From positions 45,577 to 109,576 of the forward strand of contig DASUJH010000028.1 of NCBI GenBank assembly GCA_036279355.1: 64,000 nucleotides of DNA, read 5' to 3'. The stretch comes from Gemmatimonadales bacterium. Lineage in GTDB: Bacteria > Gemmatimonadota > Gemmatimonadetes > Gemmatimonadales > GWC2-71-9. Shown in pieces: positions 27,893 to 36,602 of the stretch; position 1 is the stretch's first letter; each line of letters begins with the position of its first letter. The notes beneath the pieces were generated by a model. The model made no database searches, was not told where the DNA came from, and saw nothing but the letters and a program-made list of their open reading frames with translations. Both the position numbers and the translations under genes were made by a program.

Positions 27893-29646
27893 CGGCGACT
27901 CGAACGGCCGCAGGGGCGGAGCCGGTACCGCCGGTATCGTCCAACGGTTCGGCCGCAGGGCGGCAGAGCGTGCCGGTTCCTCCGCCAGCGCACTCCCCCG
28001 GGGTGGGACAGCGGCTCGATACCGGGGCCGTCCTCACGTTCGTAGCACTCGCCGCGGCAATCGCCCTCGGCTGCGCGCTCCGATCGTACCTGGTCCTCTC
28101 GCGCGACTTTCCGCTCAACGACGGCGGCCTTTTCTACACGATGGCGCGCGATCTCCAGCGAAACGGGTACCTCATTCCGCCGACCACGTCGTACAACGGC
28201 GGCGCGCTGCCGTTTGCCTATCCGCCGGTGGGCATCTACGCGGCGGCGCTCGTCTCAGGCGCCGGGCTCATGAGCCTGCTGGATGCGCTCCGGTTCCTGC
28301 CGCTCGGCGCCACCTGCCTCACGCTGGTGCCGTTCGCACTTCTCGCCCGCGAGCTGCTGCCGTCGCGCACCGCGCAGGTGGGGGCCACGTTCGCCTTTGC
28401 CGTGGTGCCCCGCAGCTTCGATTGGCTGCTCATGGGCGGCGGGCTCACCCGCGCGTTCGGGTTTCTCTTCGCGCTCAGCGCGATCTGGCTCATGGCCCGG
28501 CTCTTCCGCACAGGAGACCGGCGCTGCCTCGCCGCCGCCGCCGTCGCCGCGGCGCTCTCGGTCGCGTCGCACGTCGGCACGGCGCCATTTCTCGTGCTCA
28601 GCATCGTGCTCGTATTTCTGGCGTACGGGCGGAGTGCCGCCGGCGTACGCTGGATGCTGCTGCTCGGGCTCGGCACCGCCGTGCTGAGCGCGCCCTGGTG
28701 GGCGACCGTGCTCGCGCAGCATGGGCTCGCGCCGTTCCGCGCGGCGAGCGCCACCGGGGCGTCGATCTTCTCGGGCGGGCCCGCGCGGTATCACATCCGG
28801 GTGACGCTTGCCGCGCTTGGCATCGGGACGACGGGCGAGGCGATGGCGCCGATCGTCTGGATGCTCGCGGTCGTCGGGGTCGTTGCGACATTGGTGCGGC
28901 GCGCATTCCTGCTGCCGATCTGGTGGCTGTTCATCCTGGTGCTCGATGCGCGGCAGGGGCTCACCTTCGCGACGGTGCCGGTGGCGCTGCTGGCCGGGCT
29001 CGCCGTAGCGGACGTGCTGGTGCCGCTCACTACGGGCAGACTGCCCGCCACCCGAACGCGTGGGGCCGGGCTTGAGAGTCCGGCGCCGGCGCGCGGCGGC
29101 GCCCGCGGCTGGGGCGCACTCGTGACGGCCGCCGTGCTCGCCGGCCTCATCGCGTATTCCGCGCACTGGGCCACCAACCGCGAGCCGTCGTTCGGTGGCG
29201 ACGGCTGGTCGCTCGAGGCGCTGGCACCCGCGGAGCGCTCGGCCATGGCATGGGCGCGCACGGCAACGCCCGCGGGTAGCCGATTTCTCGTGGTGACCAG
29301 CGCAGGGTGGTCGGAGGATCGCGCGGGCGAATGGTTCCCGAGCCTCGCGGAGCGGAGGAGCATCGCCACGGTGCAGGGCACCGAATGGATGCCCCATCGG
29401 GAATTCGCGCGGATGGTCACGCTGCACGAGAAACTGCAGTCGTGCGCCGAGCGCACGGAACGCTGTCTCGATCAGTGGTTCGCCACGAGCGGCCTCGGCG
29501 CAGAGTATCTCTTCGTGCCGAAAGCGCCGAGGTGGCCTTGCTGCCGGACGCTGGTGCAGGACCTGGCGGCGAGCCCGCAGTGGGAGCGCGTCTTCGACGG
29601 GCCGGGTGCCACGATCTTCCGGCGGCGAGGAGCCCCCGCGGATTGA
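27889..29646 (+). CDS. large polytopic membrane protein, GT-C-like glycosyltransferase candidate
   Basis: The GTG start overlaps the upstream stop as GTGA. There are about 12 TM helices. The N-terminal FPLNDGGLFYTMARDL...ALPFAYPPVG resembles GT-C/ArnT-type first loops, and a C-terminal soluble domain follows. Confidence 0.55.
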   Translation: MTATRTAAGAEPVPPVSSNGSAAGRQSVPVPPPAHSPGVGQRLDTGAVLTFVALAAAIALGCALRSYLVLSRDFPLNDGGLFYTMARDLQRNGYLIPPTTSYNGGALPFAYPPVGIYAAALVSGAGLMSLLDALRFLPLGATCLTLVPFALLARELLPSRTAQVGATFAFAVVPRSFDWLLMGGGLTRAFGFLFALSAIWLMARLFRTGDRRCLAAAAVAAALSVASHVGTAPFLVLSIVLVFLAYGRSAAGVRWMLLLGLGTAVLSAPWWATVLAQHGLAPFRAASATGASIFSGGPARYHIRVTLAALGIGTTGEAMAPIVWMLAVVGVVATLVRRAFLLPIWWLFILVLDARQGLTFATVPVALLAGLAVADVLVPLTTGRLPATRTRGAGLESPAPARGGARGWGALVTAAVLAGLIAYSAHWATNREPSFGGDGWSLEALAPAERSAMAWARTATPAGSRFLVVTSAGWSEDRAGEWFPSLAERRSIATVQGTEWMPHREFARMVTLHEKLQSCAERTERCLDQWFATSGLGAEYLFVPKAPRWPCCRTLVQDLAASPQWERVFDGPGATIFRRRGAPAD

Positions 29647-29656
29647 CGGAATCCGT

Positions 29657-31384
29657 CTATCGGCCGCTGCCCTGCGCCGGCGGGTCGACGTGCAGCACCG
29701 CCATCATCCCGGATCCAAGATGCTCGGCGATGTGACAGTGGAGCATCCACGCACCCGGGTTCGACGCATCGATCAGCAGATCGACCGTGGCGCCGACGGG
29801 AATGAGCGCCGTGTCCTTCCAGACGAGATTGGTGCTGGGAACGCCGTCGCGTGCCACGACGAGCATCCGCTGACCGTGCAGGTGGATCGGGTGCTGCATC
29901 GGATGGAAGGACGTCGGATCGTTGAAGATTCTGAGCTTCACCACCGATCCGGCCGACACATGCCAGTCGATGTCCATGTTCTCCTTACCCGTGACGTCGT
30001 CGCGCAGCACCCAGCGCACCTGCTTTGAGGTGGAGAGCCAGTTCATGTCGGGCATGCCGTCCACCCACTCCACCGGCGCGTAATACGCGGTGTCGATGCT
30101 CATGAACTGCACGGTGGCGAGAGGCAGCGCGGTAGTAGCGAGGGCGAGGGTGAGCCGCTTGTCGGGCGGCCGGTCGAAATACCCGCGATAGCGGTCGATG
30201 TCGCGGCTTACGTCCGGATGGGCGCCGAGCGTGGAGAACGCTCGGCCATAGTCGGGTGCCACGGGCGCGGCGTCGACCGTCACCATGCCCAGCGTGTCGA
30301 CCTCGGGGACGAACTCGCCCTGGTAGTGGTTGATCGCCTGCACCGCGTTCACCAGCGGCACGCGGCCGGCGCGGTCGAAGCGCACCTCCACGACGTACCG
30401 CTCCGCCGGCGCGAGCACCACGCTCATCACCCGCTCCTCGCGCTCGAAGCGGCTCTGGTCGCCGGCCAGGAGCTTCATCGGCGCGCCGCCGAACGACACG
30501 TTCCAGGTGCGCGAGCTGGACACGTTCACGAGCTGAAAGCGCACCACCTCGCCCCGGCGCACGTGCAGGGCGTAGTCCGGCTCGCCGTTCACGAGCAGGA
30601 CGTTGCCCACCCGTCCCATGAGCGCAAAGTCGGGGCCCTCGCGTCCGAACGGGATCAGGCTGTCGGCGTTCACCAGAAGATCGCCGAGCATGAGCACGGC
30701 GTCGCGATTGGCGGGCGGGTAGTAGTCGCTGTCCGGTGAATCCACCAGCATCGCGCCGTAGAGACCCATCGCCTGCTCGACGTCCTCGCGCACGTGCGGG
30801 TGGTACCAGTAGATGCCTGCATCCGGAAAGTGGATGCGGTAGATGAAATCGGCGCCGGGCGCCACGGGCTCCTGGGTGACGCCGGGCGCGCCGTCGGAAC
30901 GATTATCCAGCCGCACGCCGTGCCAGTGCACCGCGCTCGGCAGGTCGATGCGATTGTGGAAGCGGACGACGATCGTCGCGTTCCGCGGTACGCGAATGAG
31001 CGGGCCCGGCACCTCGCCGTTGTAGCCGTACATCGCGAACGCGTGGCCCGCGATCGCGCGCCGCACGAGCGTGGCGGTGAGGTCCAGGGTGTCGCCGTTC
31101 TTGAGGCGCACGACCGCCGAAGCCTTCGCGGCCGGCAGCCGCGCCAGGTCGAGCCCCGCGCCCGGAAGGAAAGGGGTCACACCGGGGGCGAGCCCTACGA
31201 GCCCCGGCATCATGGGCATGCCCGCGGGCATGGGGATCGGCATCACCATCGCGTGCTCCGACATGCCGGGCATGTCGTGCATGGGCGCGGGGTTCGTGGG
31301 CGATGCGTGCGGGGCGGACGGCTGCTGCGCCGGGGAGGCGACGGGCAGGAGCAGGAGCACGGCCGCGAGCGGCTCGGTCCACAT
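29657..31384 (-). CDS. multicopper oxidase with an N-terminal Met-rich segment
   Basis: VHWHGVRL, WYHPHV, HPIHLHG and WMLHCHIAEHLGSGMM are present. The Met-rich stretch is MHDMPGMSEHAMVMPIPMPAGMPMMPG, and a signal peptide is present. Confidence 0.9.
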   Translation of the reverse strand: MWTEPLAAVLLLLPVASPAQQPSAPHASPTNPAPMHDMPGMSEHAMVMPIPMPAGMPMMPGLVGLAPGVTPFLPGAGLDLARLPAAKASAVVRLKNGDTLDLTATLVRRAIAGHAFAMYGYNGEVPGPLIRVPRNATIVVRFHNRIDLPSAVHWHGVRLDNRSDGAPGVTQEPVAPGADFIYRIHFPDAGIYWYHPHVREDVEQAMGLYGAMLVDSPDSDYYPPANRDAVLMLGDLLVNADSLIPFGREGPDFALMGRVGNVLLVNGEPDYALHVRRGEVVRFQLVNVSSSRTWNVSFGGAPMKLLAGDQSRFEREERVMSVVLAPAERYVVEVRFDRAGRVPLVNAVQAINHYQGEFVPEVDTLGMVTVDAAPVAPDYGRAFSTLGAHPDVSRDIDRYRGYFDRPPDKRLTLALATTALPLATVQFMSIDTAYYAPVEWVDGMPDMNWLSTSKQVRWVLRDDVTGKENMDIDWHVSAGSVVKLRIFNDPTSFHPMQHPIHLHGQRMLVVARDGVPSTNLVWKDTALIPVGATVDLLIDASNPGAWMLHCHIAEHLGSGMMAVLHVDPPAQGSGR

Positions 31385-31401
31385 CGCGCGCGCCCGGCCG
31401 G

Positions 31402-31908
31402 TCACGGCGCCACGCCCCGGAACAGCGGGTGGGTGAGGAACGACTGCAGCCAGCCGCTGGGCGAGGTGCCGTGGAGCACCGTCGGCCCCGCGTGCGCCGC
31501 CGGCATCGAGTCGGCCTCGGCGGTGATGACGAGAAGAAATTTGTTGAGCTCGGCGGGACCCACGGTGCTCGTGCCCTTGGCGACGACGCCGAGCCGGGTC
31601 CAGCGGCTCAGGTCGGGCGTCACTTCCCAGGCGACGTAACTGGAGAACGCGCCAAGAGTGGAAGGCGCGGGAAGGGCCGAAGCGGTGATCTGAACGTCGT
31701 ACCGCGCGCGGCCGTCGGCCGTGACGGCGACGCCGAAGGGGGAGGGCGCGTAGACCAGCCTCGCGTGCCCCCGCGCTGCGGGGGCCGTCGGCGTGGAGAA
31801 GAGTGCGATGTCGTAGGGGCCGGCCGCGTCCGAGAGTGTCGAGCCCGAATGTGCGGCCGGGAGCGGTGCCGCGGCGAGGAGCACCGCGGCCGCCAATGCG
31901 AGCCTCAC
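31402..31908 (-). CDS. secreted hypothetical protein
   Basis: The GTG start overlaps the upstream stop as GTGA. The signal peptide is LALAAAVLLAAAPLPAAH. I recognise no family. Confidence 0.5.
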   Translation of the reverse strand: MRLALAAAVLLAAAPLPAAHSGSTLSDAAGPYDIALFSTPTAPAARGHARLVYAPSPFGVAVTADGRARYDVQITASALPAPSTLGAFSSYVAWEVTPDLSRWTRLGVVAKGTSTVGPAELNKFLLVITAEADSMPAAHAGPTVLHGTSPSGWLQSFLTHPLFRGVAP

Positions 31909-33314
31909 CGTGCGCCCGCGGATGCGCGCTCTTTGGGTGCCCCCTCCGGGCCGTGATCGTAGTCCTGCACGCTCGAGATGTTCGGCATCCCGTAGTCGCG
32001 GCCGTTCCAGCCCTTGAAGCCGTCCATCCGGAAGAGCCAGAGTCCGCTCCGCATATCGGAGAGCGCAATGAGCCCATCCGAGTTGCGCACATCGACCCCG
32101 AACGCGCCCTGCTCCACGCTGATCGTGCTCTGCCAGCCATTGTCCGGCGTGCCGCCGAAGCCGTGCTCGTGCTCGCACCCGCAGGTGAAGTACGCGCCGT
32201 CGGTCCTGGGGTTCTTCGGGTCCTTGAGGTCGAAGATCTGCAGGCCGTCCTCGTACGCCGATACGAACACGTACGGCCAGCGCACCTCGTGGTTGTGCGA
32301 GAGGTCGCGCCAGTCGGCGGCCCAGGCGCTCAGGGCCACGTCGAGGTTCTGCTCCTTGCCCTGCTGGCCCGGCTGCAAGTCCCAGATCCGGAGCGGGGTG
32401 TACTGGTACTCAGTTTCGGTCACGGCGTAACGTCCGTCGGGCGAGGGCGTGAAGGTGTGCGCAACGTCGAGCCCGAGACCGGTGATGGTGAAGAGCTGGG
32501 TGGGCGCCTCGGGGTGGGTCACGTCCCATACCGAATATCCGCCGAGGCCCGCGCCGTAGAACTTGTCCTGGTGCGTGGCCGGGTCGTAGCCCACGTAGAA
32601 GTCGTGGTAGCCGCCGGCGCCGATCTGCTTGAACGGCGTCGGATTCGGCACCGCGCCCACGAGCCAGGTGCTCGAGTCGGCGCCGCTCACCACCTTGCCC
32701 AGATCGTATACCAGCGCCTTGGGCTGATTGATGGTCGCGAAGTAGAGCACGCGTCCATCAGAGTGCTTGTAGGCGAAGGTATTGTGGAATCCGCCGGGCG
32801 CTTCCGGATATCGGATGCGCGCCACCACCTTCACGCTCCTGGGGTCGGGCAGGCCGGTGACGTCCAGGATCACGGCCCCGAGGTCCGCATCGGGACTCCC
32901 CTGAAAGAATTGGAACGACTGCGCGTAGTAGTAGCGGCTGCCGATCTTGAAGTACTTCCCGTCCATCGCGCCGATGCCGCGGTGCAGCTCCGGATTCTCT
33001 ATGGTCCAGTCGACGATCTTCTTCGGGTGTGACGGGTCGCGGATGTCGTAGATCTGGGTATCGAAGTTGACGAAGCCGGAGACGTAGACGTACGGGCGGC
33101 CCGGATCCTGTTCCAGCTCGACGTCCGCGGCTTTCCAGGCGCCGGGGCTCGTGACCGCGTGGCCCAGCATATGGACGTTGGCGGTGCCGCCGTGCTTCTG
33201 ATCGAAGGGGCGGACGCTGGTGCCGGGGTCCTGCGCCCGTGCGGTGGTGGGATGTGCGGCGGCGAGTGCGCACGCGGACGCGCACGCGCATACGATGGCG
33301 AACGCTCGACGCAT
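31905..33314 (-). CDS. secreted LVIVD-repeat beta-propeller protein
   Basis: The signal peptide is MRRAFAIVCACASACALAAA. Recurring LVIVD-like units include YVYVSGF..QIYDIRDPSHP, GGYSVWDVTHPEAP and FVSAYEDGLQIFDLKDPKNP. Confidence 0.7.
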   Translation of the reverse strand: MRRAFAIVCACASACALAAAHPTTARAQDPGTSVRPFDQKHGGTANVHMLGHAVTSPGAWKAADVELEQDPGRPYVYVSGFVNFDTQIYDIRDPSHPKKIVDWTIENPELHRGIGAMDGKYFKIGSRYYYAQSFQFFQGSPDADLGAVILDVTGLPDPRSVKVVARIRYPEAPGGFHNTFAYKHSDGRVLYFATINQPKALVYDLGKVVSGADSSTWLVGAVPNPTPFKQIGAGGYHDFYVGYDPATHQDKFYGAGLGGYSVWDVTHPEAPTQLFTITGLGLDVAHTFTPSPDGRYAVTETEYQYTPLRIWDLQPGQQGKEQNLDVALSAWAADWRDLSHNHEVRWPYVFVSAYEDGLQIFDLKDPKNPRTDGAYFTCGCEHEHGFGGTPDNGWQSTISVEQGAFGVDVRNSDGLIALSDMRSGLWLFRMDGFKGWNGRDYGMPNISSVQDYDHGPEGAPKERASAGAR

Positions 33315-33346
33315 CGAGCCTCCTCGTGTGATGTCGACGGCGGCGC

Positions 33347-36073
33347 TCACGGCGAGGCGCCGGCGAGTTTCTGGAAGCGCGGATTCTTCCGCAGCGGCTC
33401 GAGCGTCGGGTCGATCCTGAGCCAGGCGGGCGAGAGATAGTACGGCCGCGCCAGCACCTGCTCCAGCAGGTCGATTGCCTTGTCCGACTCGCCGACGAGC
33501 GTATAGATCCGGGCAAGCTGGTGCAGGAAGTAGACGCCCTGGTAGCCGTCCTTGCTCACCGGGAGCAGCGCCACCGCCTTCTCTCCGTCGCGCATCGCCT
33601 CGGCCTTGCGGCCAAGGTAGGCGTAGGCCAGGCCGGCGACGGCGTAGTAGGATGGGTCGTCGGGCGTCTGGTTGACGATGGCCTCCGCCGCGACCCTGGC
33701 CGAGTCGGCGTATGCTCGCGCGCGAGCCGAGTCGCCCCGGAGCGCGTAGGTCTGGGCGAAGCATATCGCCCGGTTGGCGGCATCATCCCCGAAGGGCTCG
33801 GGCGTGAGGCGGAGGAGCAATTGCTGTTGCTGATCGTCCAGCACCCAGAAGAGATCCCAGTACGTCGCGACGTAGGCCACCAGCGCGATCGGATCGACGC
33901 GGGCCGACGCGGACTTGAGGACGGCACGCGCCCCCGGAAGGTTGCCCTGCGCCAGGAACACCATGGCCTTGGTCTCGTTCAGATCCGCAGACTCGGGGTC
34001 GAGCGCGAGCGCGCGGTCGGCGGCCTCCATGGCCTCGGGATAGCGCTTGAGCCAGAGCAGGGTCTGCGCCGCCCGTCGCGCGGTGCCTGCCGAGCGCGGA
34101 TCGAGGGCCAACGCCTGCCGGAGTGATGCGAGGCTCTGATCGAGGTGACCTTGGCTCCGCTCCACCAATGCGATGCCGGTGAGCATCTCCGCATCGTTCG
34201 GTGCGGCCTTCCGCCCCAGTTCGTATTGCTCGAGCGCCTTTGGAAAATCGTGCTCGAGCCCGCTGTAATAGTCGCCCAGAGCCAGGTAGGTGGCCGGCGC
34301 GGCCGGTGCGAGCGCACGTGCCCGCGCGAGGGCGCCGCGGCTCGCCACGAGGTCGCCGGGTGTCGGGGGCGCCTGGGCGGCGTGGGCGCGGGCGAGCTGG
34401 GCCCACGCGAGCGCGAAGTTTGAGTCGAGCGCCACCGCCCGCTCGTAATAGCCGATCGCGCGCCGGAGCTCGGGCACCGTCGCGGTAATGAGCCCGCCGG
34501 CCGCCTCGTTGCCTTTGAGGAAGGCGTCGTACGCCGCGAGGTTCTGCGTGGGCTTCTCGGCGATGGTCTCGCGCGCCGTCGTGCCGAGCGCCACGTCGAG
34601 CGCCTGCGCCACGCGGCTCGCGATATCGGCCTGGACCTGGAACACGTCGGTCATGGTGGCGTCGAACGGCTGCTGCCACCTCGTCGTGGGCGCGGTGCCG
34701 CCGCCCACCTGCACCAGCTCCGGGCTCACCTGCACCCGGTTGGCGCCGCCGGACTTTTCCCACCGGACCGTGCCGGAGAGGATGTAGCGCACGCCGAGTT
34801 CCTGCGCGATCTGCTGCGGGGTCTTGGCCGTCTTCTTGTACGGCGCGGAGCTGGTTCGGGCGATCACCTGGAGCCCGGGAATGCCCGCGAGCTTGCCTCG
34901 GACGGCATCGGTCATGCCGTCGGCGAAATAGTCGTCGTCCGGTGCGCCGAGGTTCTCGAAGGGGAGCACGGCAATGCCCTTGGGGCCGGCGTCCATCGCA
35001 TCGTCGGCGACCGCGTGGGTCCTGCGCCACGCGAAGAGCACGCCGAGCCCGAGCAGGAACCCGATGCCGAGAAGCACCGCAGAGCGCCGGGCGGCGAGCG
35101 CGGCGAGCGGACGCCACCCGCGTCCGGCTGATGACACCGGCGCCGCGCCGGAGTCCCGCGCCGCGTCCTGCCGGTCCGGCGCGCTCGCCGGCGTTACCCG
35201 CGCCGTCGGGGCGGCGCCAAACGAGCCGCTCGGATCGAGAGACCGCGCAAACTCCGCCGCGCTCAGGAAGCGATCGGCTGGCGCGCGGGCGAGCGCGCGC
35301 TCGACCGCCCGCTCCACCGCCTCGGGCACAGTCGCGCGCAGCGTATGCAGCGGACGCGGCGTCTCGGTGAACCGCTGCACCAGCACGGCTTGCGCCGTGG
35401 GCCCGGTGAACGGCGTCTGCCCCGCGAGCATTTCGTACAGCACGGCGCCGAGCGAATAGATGTCGGTGCGGCCGTCGAGATCGCGCTCGCCGCTCGCCTG
35501 CTCGGGGCTCATGTAGGCCGGCGTGCCGACCGTGAGGCCGGTCTCGGTCAGGTGATCGCCCGATTCGGCGCCGAGCGCCTTCCCGATCCCGAAGTCGGCG
35601 ACCAGCGCGTGGGAGCCGCTGAGAAGGATGTTCTCGGGCTTGATGTCCCGGTGCACCACGCCGTGGCGATGAGCGTACTCGAGCGCGTCTGCCGCCTCGC
35701 GCGTGATCCGGACCGCATCGTCGACCGGGAGTTGTTTCTCCCGGTTGAGCCGGCCTCGGAGCGTCTCGCCCTCGACGTACGGCATGGTGAACCAGAGGAA
35801 CGGTCCGCCGGAGTCGGCGGGGATCCCGCCGGAGTCGTGGACCGTGAGGATGTGCGGATGCTGGAGCCGCGCGGCGAGCTTGATTTCGCGCTGGAACCGC
35901 TCGCCGCCGAGGGCCGCAGCGAGCTCGGGATGGAGCACCTTGAGCGCGACCGGGCGATCGTGCCGGAGATCGCGGGCGAGATAGACCATCGCCATGCCGC
36001 CGCGGCCAAGCTCGCGCTCGATCACGTAGCGGTCGGCGAGAGCAGCCGAAAGGCGGTGGGCCAGGTCCGACAC
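33347..36073 (-). CDS. Ser/Thr protein kinase with a TM helix, a periplasmic module and TPR repeats
   Basis: Kinase motifs are GRGGMAMVYLA, HRDIKPENILL, DFGIGK and GTPAYMSPEQ. The periplasmic module reads IAVLPFENLGAPDDDYFADGMTDAVRGKLAGIPGLQVIA, and about 8 TPR-like repeats follow. The start is set at GTG 36073 by analogy with the paralog; the longest ORF would leave no intergenic space. Confidence 0.85.
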   Translation of the reverse strand: MSDLAHRLSAALADRYVIERELGRGGMAMVYLARDLRHDRPVALKVLHPELAAALGGERFQREIKLAARLQHPHILTVHDSGGIPADSGGPFLWFTMPYVEGETLRGRLNREKQLPVDDAVRITREAADALEYAHRHGVVHRDIKPENILLSGSHALVADFGIGKALGAESGDHLTETGLTVGTPAYMSPEQASGERDLDGRTDIYSLGAVLYEMLAGQTPFTGPTAQAVLVQRFTETPRPLHTLRATVPEAVERAVERALARAPADRFLSAAEFARSLDPSGSFGAAPTARVTPASAPDRQDAARDSGAAPVSSAGRGWRPLAALAARRSAVLLGIGFLLGLGVLFAWRRTHAVADDAMDAGPKGIAVLPFENLGAPDDDYFADGMTDAVRGKLAGIPGLQVIARTSSAPYKKTAKTPQQIAQELGVRYILSGTVRWEKSGGANRVQVSPELVQVGGGTAPTTRWQQPFDATMTDVFQVQADIASRVAQALDVALGTTARETIAEKPTQNLAAYDAFLKGNEAAGGLITATVPELRRAIGYYERAVALDSNFALAWAQLARAHAAQAPPTPGDLVASRGALARARALAPAAPATYLALGDYYSGLEHDFPKALEQYELGRKAAPNDAEMLTGIALVERSQGHLDQSLASLRQALALDPRSAGTARRAAQTLLWLKRYPEAMEAADRALALDPESADLNETKAMVFLAQGNLPGARAVLKSASARVDPIALVAYVATYWDLFWVLDDQQQQLLLRLTPEPFGDDAANRAICFAQTYALRGDSARARAYADSARVAAEAIVNQTPDDPSYYAVAGLAYAYLGRKAEAMRDGEKAVALLPVSKDGYQGVYFLHQLARIYTLVGESDKAIDLLEQVLARPYYLSPAWLRIDPTLEPLRKNPRFQKLAGASP

Positions 36074-36227
36074 GGAGTCCGGGTTGGGGGAGCGGGGCGA
36101 AATCAGGCTAAGGGTACAATCCGTAGCTGGGGCCGTCCAGATCCCGCGCGATGTTCGGCTCGACGGAGGTCCGGGCGCGATGTAAACTTCCGCGCACGCA
36201 TCCACTTCCCTCACCCGCGCGGCCACG

Positions 36228-36602
36228 ATGTCCTACCAGGCCTACAAGGTCATTCATCTGTTCGGGATCTTCCTCGCCTTTGCCGCGCTCGGCGGCGTGG
36301 CGCTCGTTGTCGCCAACGGGGCGACGCGCGAGAGCAACGTCGCGCGAAAGCTCGCCGGCATGAGCCACGGCATCGCGATGCTCATCGTGCTCGTGGCCGG
36401 TTTTGGCCTCCTCGCGCGGCTCGGCGTGACGCACGGCGGCGCCTTTCCCGGCTGGGTCTGGGGCAAGCTCGTGATCTGGTTGATCGTGAGCCTATTGCTC
36501 GCGGTGCCGTATCGCCGGCCGGAGCTCGCGCGCGCCGTATTCTTCGCCATCCCCGTGCTCGGAGGCATTGCCGCCTGGCTCGCGATCTCCAAGCCGTTCT
36601 GA
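36228..36602 (+). CDS. small 4-TM membrane protein (SirB-like topology)
   Basis: 124 aa with four hydrophobic helices and high third-position GC. Confidence 0.6.
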   Translation: MSYQAYKVIHLFGIFLAFAALGGVALVVANGATRESNVARKLAGMSHGIAMLIVLVAGFGLLARLGVTHGGAFPGWVWGKLVIWLIVSLLLAVPYRRPELARAVFFAIPVLGGIAAWLAISKPF

